Origin: Acidimicrobiales bacterium
Lineage (GTDB): Bacteria > Actinomycetota > Acidimicrobiia > Acidimicrobiales > JAJPHD01
Assembly: GCA_050744225.1 (NCBI GenBank)
Contig: JBOGGT010000076.1
Location: 63,503 to 127,502 of the forward strand
DNA length: 64,000 nucleotides
Direction: 5' to 3'
The notes beneath the pieces were generated by a model. The model saw only the letters and a program-made list of their open reading frames with translations. It ran no database searches and was not told where the DNA came from. Positions 61,967-64,000 of the stretch are shown one piece after another. The number at the start of each line of letters is the position of its first letter. Position 1 is the first letter of the stretch. The position numbers and the translations under genes are program-made.

Positions 61967-64000
61967 GTGAGGATTACCCGGCTGTACCTGCGCAACTACA
62001 GGGTCTACGAGGAGCCGCTGGAGCTGGAGATACCGCCGGGCCTGGTGGGCATCTACGGGGTGAACGGCGCGGGCAAGTCGGCGCTGCTGGAGGCAATCGC
62101 CTTCACCTTGTGGGGCAAGGCCCGGACCAACAAGGACGAGGTGCGCACCGCGGGAATAGTCGGAGACTGCGTCACCGAGGTCGCCTTCGAGCACGAGGGC
62201 CATCTCTACGTGGTCCGCCGCACCATCTCCGGGGCGAGTGCGACGGTTCGGGCCGAGGCCCACGCCGACGGGTCTCAGGTGTCAGAGGGGGTCAAAGACA
62301 CCGCTCGCTACGTGCACTCGGTGCTGGGGATGGACGAAGCGGCATTCAAGGCGTCGGTCTTCGCCGAACAGAAGCAGCTGGCCGCCTTTTCGGTCCGCCA
62401 GCCCGCCGAGCGCCGTGCTCTGGTGCTCGGGCTTCTGGGGATCACCCCCCTCGACGCGGCGCGGGACCAGGCAAGAAGGGACGCCCGCGACGCGCACGCC
62501 CAGCTCGTTCAGATCCGCGCCGTGCTGGCCGACCTGGGCGCGATCGAGGTCGAGCTGGCTTCGGAGGCCGCCCTGGCGGTCGAGGCCGCCGAATCAGAGG
62601 TGCAGGCAGCGACAATCGCGGCGTCCGTGGCCGCCGAGGCGGCGGAGGCTGAGGCCGAGCTCCGCCGGCTGGATGCCCTTGGCCGACGCTACGACGCCCT
62701 CGTGGTGGATGGTCGCGCCCGGCGGACCGAACACGATGGCTTGGCAGAGCGGGCTCAGCGACTGGAGGGCGAGGCCAGGGCGCTGTCTGAGGCGGAGGGT
62801 GCGTTGGCGGGCCTGGAGGCGGCCGCAACCGGGTTGGTCGGTGCTCGGGCTTGCCTGGTCCTGGTCGATACGGTCGCAGGCGCAGTCGTCGTGTTCGAAC
62901 GAGCAGAGGCCGGAGTGCCAACTGAGCCGGCGCGGGTTGATCCTGATCGGTTGGCCGCGGTGCTGGAGCGGGCGCATACGACAACGGCTCGGCTGGCTGA
63001 GCTGGAGGGCCGTCGCTCGGCGGCAGCTGATGGGCTGGAGCGAGCCGCCTCGGGACTTGCAAGATCTGGTGAGCTCTCCGGCGAGGCCGACTGCCCACTG
63101 TGCGGCCAGGCGCTCGGCGGGGCCTTCGAGGCGGTGCAGGCTCACCGGCGTGAGGAGTTTGAAGCGGCTGAGGCCACCCTGGCCGCACTCCTCGACCAGT
63201 CCAGGTGTGTCGCGGCGGAGGCGGGCGAGGCCGATGAGGCCGTAGCGGAAATGAGGGCCGAACATGACGCCGCGGAGGCGGCGCGGATCGGTTGGGAGCG
63301 GGCCACTGGTCGTCTGGCCGATGCCGGAGAGCGCCTGAGCGAAGCGCTCGCCGCCGCCCGTGCCGGCGGCGTGGCCACCGAGGGGCTTGGAAGGGACCGA
63401 GCGGCTCTGTCAGCCCTACGGGATCGCTTCGCTGCCGAGGTGGGCGACGCTCAGCGATGCTCGGACGAGGCGGCGACCCTGCGGGGCCGCTTGGAGCGCC
63501 GTCAGGGACTGGACGCCGAGATGTGCCAGATCACCGCCCGTCTTGGCGAGCTGGAAACAGAGCTGGCCGCGCTCCGGGCGAGTCTGCGTGGCCTGGAGTA
63601 CCAACCTGAAGCCCTGCTCGGTGCCGCTCAAGCCGCCGAGGCCGCCAGGGCAAGCGCCCAGGCGGCGCAGCGTTGCGCCCAGGCCGCCGAGCTGGCGGCG
63701 GCGACGGCCCAGGCGAGGGTGCACGCGTGCGTCCGTCGAGCGCAGGACGCCCGCCAGCAGCACCGACACCTCGATGAGTTGGCCGAACAAGCCCGCCACC
63801 TGGGGCGTACCGCCGAGCTGCTCGGGGCGTTTCGCAACGCGGTGGTGGGCAGCGTTGGACCGCGCCTGTCCTCTCAGGCCAACGACCTGTTCGCCGAGCT
63901 GACCGACCATGAGTACGACGGGTTGGAGGTGGACCCCGAGACCTACGAGATCAAGATCTGCGATCACGGCTCGACCTTCGGGATGGACCGCTTCTCCGGC
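61967..64000 (+). CDS. rad50: Rad50/SbcC-family ATPase (3' end beyond the window)
   Basis: My translation from the GTG at 61967 is VRITRLYLRNYRVY...GVNGAGKSALLEAIAFTLWG (Walker A). Long Ala/Glu/Arg coiled-coil follows. The CPLC zinc hook is at 63092-63103 and FSG of the signature motif sits at the window edge. The frame stays open to base 64000. Confidence 0.85.
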   Translation, partial: MRITRLYLRNYRVYEEPLELEIPPGLVGIYGVNGAGKSALLEAIAFTLWGKARTNKDEVRTAGIVGDCVTEVAFEHEGHLYVVRRTISGASATVRAEAHADGSQVSEGVKDTARYVHSVLGMDEAAFKASVFAEQKQLAAFSVRQPAERRALVLGLLGITPLDAARDQARRDARDAHAQLVQIRAVLADLGAIEVELASEAALAVEAAESEVQAATIAASVAAEAAEAEAELRRLDALGRRYDALVVDGRARRTEHDGLAERAQRLEGEARALSEAEGALAGLEAAATGLVGARACLVLVDTVAGAVVVFERAEAGVPTEPARVDPDRLAAVLERAHTTTARLAELEGRRSAAADGLERAASGLARSGELSGEADCPLCGQALGGAFEAVQAHRREEFEAAEATLAALLDQSRCVAAEAGEADEAVAEMRAEHDAAEAARIGWERATGRLADAGERLSEALAAARAGGVATEGLGRDRAALSALRDRFAAEVGDAQRCSDEAATLRGRLERRQGLDAEMCQITARLGELETELAALRASLRGLEYQPEALLGAAQAAEAARASAQAAQRCAQAAELAAATAQARVHACVRRAQDARQQHRHLDELAEQARHLGRTAELLGAFRNAVVGSVGPRLSSQANDLFAELTDHEYDGLEVDPETYEIKICDHGSTFGMDRFSG

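Noticed and set aside
59072-61995. Long minus-strand ORFs (59072..60865, 597 aa; 60034..61995, 653 aa) opposite herA and mre11
   Set aside because: They are shadow frames of well-supported plus-strand genes with clear catalytic motifs. The translations are low-complexity and Arg/Pro/Gly-rich.
1-64000. tRNA, rRNA, transposase, integrase or prophage content
   Set aside because: Every intergenic gap is under about 260 nt, and none shows a tRNA-like cloverleaf. No ORF has recombinase or transposase motifs. The window is best described as core chromosome.

Overview
This is a very GC-rich, almost gap-free chromosomal segment of an actinobacterium. The assignment rests on a WhiB regulator, qcrCAB plus ctaCDEF respiratory genes, Ppm1 and Lnt, the coproporphyrin-type hemE-hemH-hemY set, menF/menG and alaS-ruvX-mltG-aroE. 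I call about 65 protein genes and one cobalamin riboswitch. I found no tRNA, rRNA, CRISPR array, transposase or integrase, and most of the window is ordinary core metabolism. Features worth a second look: (1) A translationally coupled nurA-herA-mre11-rad50 operon (58.2 kb to the window end), an archaeal-style DNA-end resection module. ku sits elsewhere inside a heme/lnt operon, and the only ATP-dependent ligase carries an in-frame TAG. (2) Two paralogous small 4-Cys proteins of unknown function; one overlaps the start of an acyl-CoA dehydrogenase. (3) A B12-binding radical SAM enzyme with a C-terminal CCAEP tail, in an operon with an aldo/keto reductase. (4) A cobalamin riboswitch in front of a lipoprotein plus ECF-transporter operon. 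(5) About 19 short tandem duplications, nearly all with periods divisible by 3. They lie inside conserved enzymes, across stop codons, and in four long convergent gene overlaps where the same repeat is read on both strands. (6) A perfect 19-bp AT-rich hairpin between hemH and hemY. Everything is inferred from motifs read in the supplied translations and sequence. No database search was possible, so family names are recognition-level assignments, and many start codons are uncertain.
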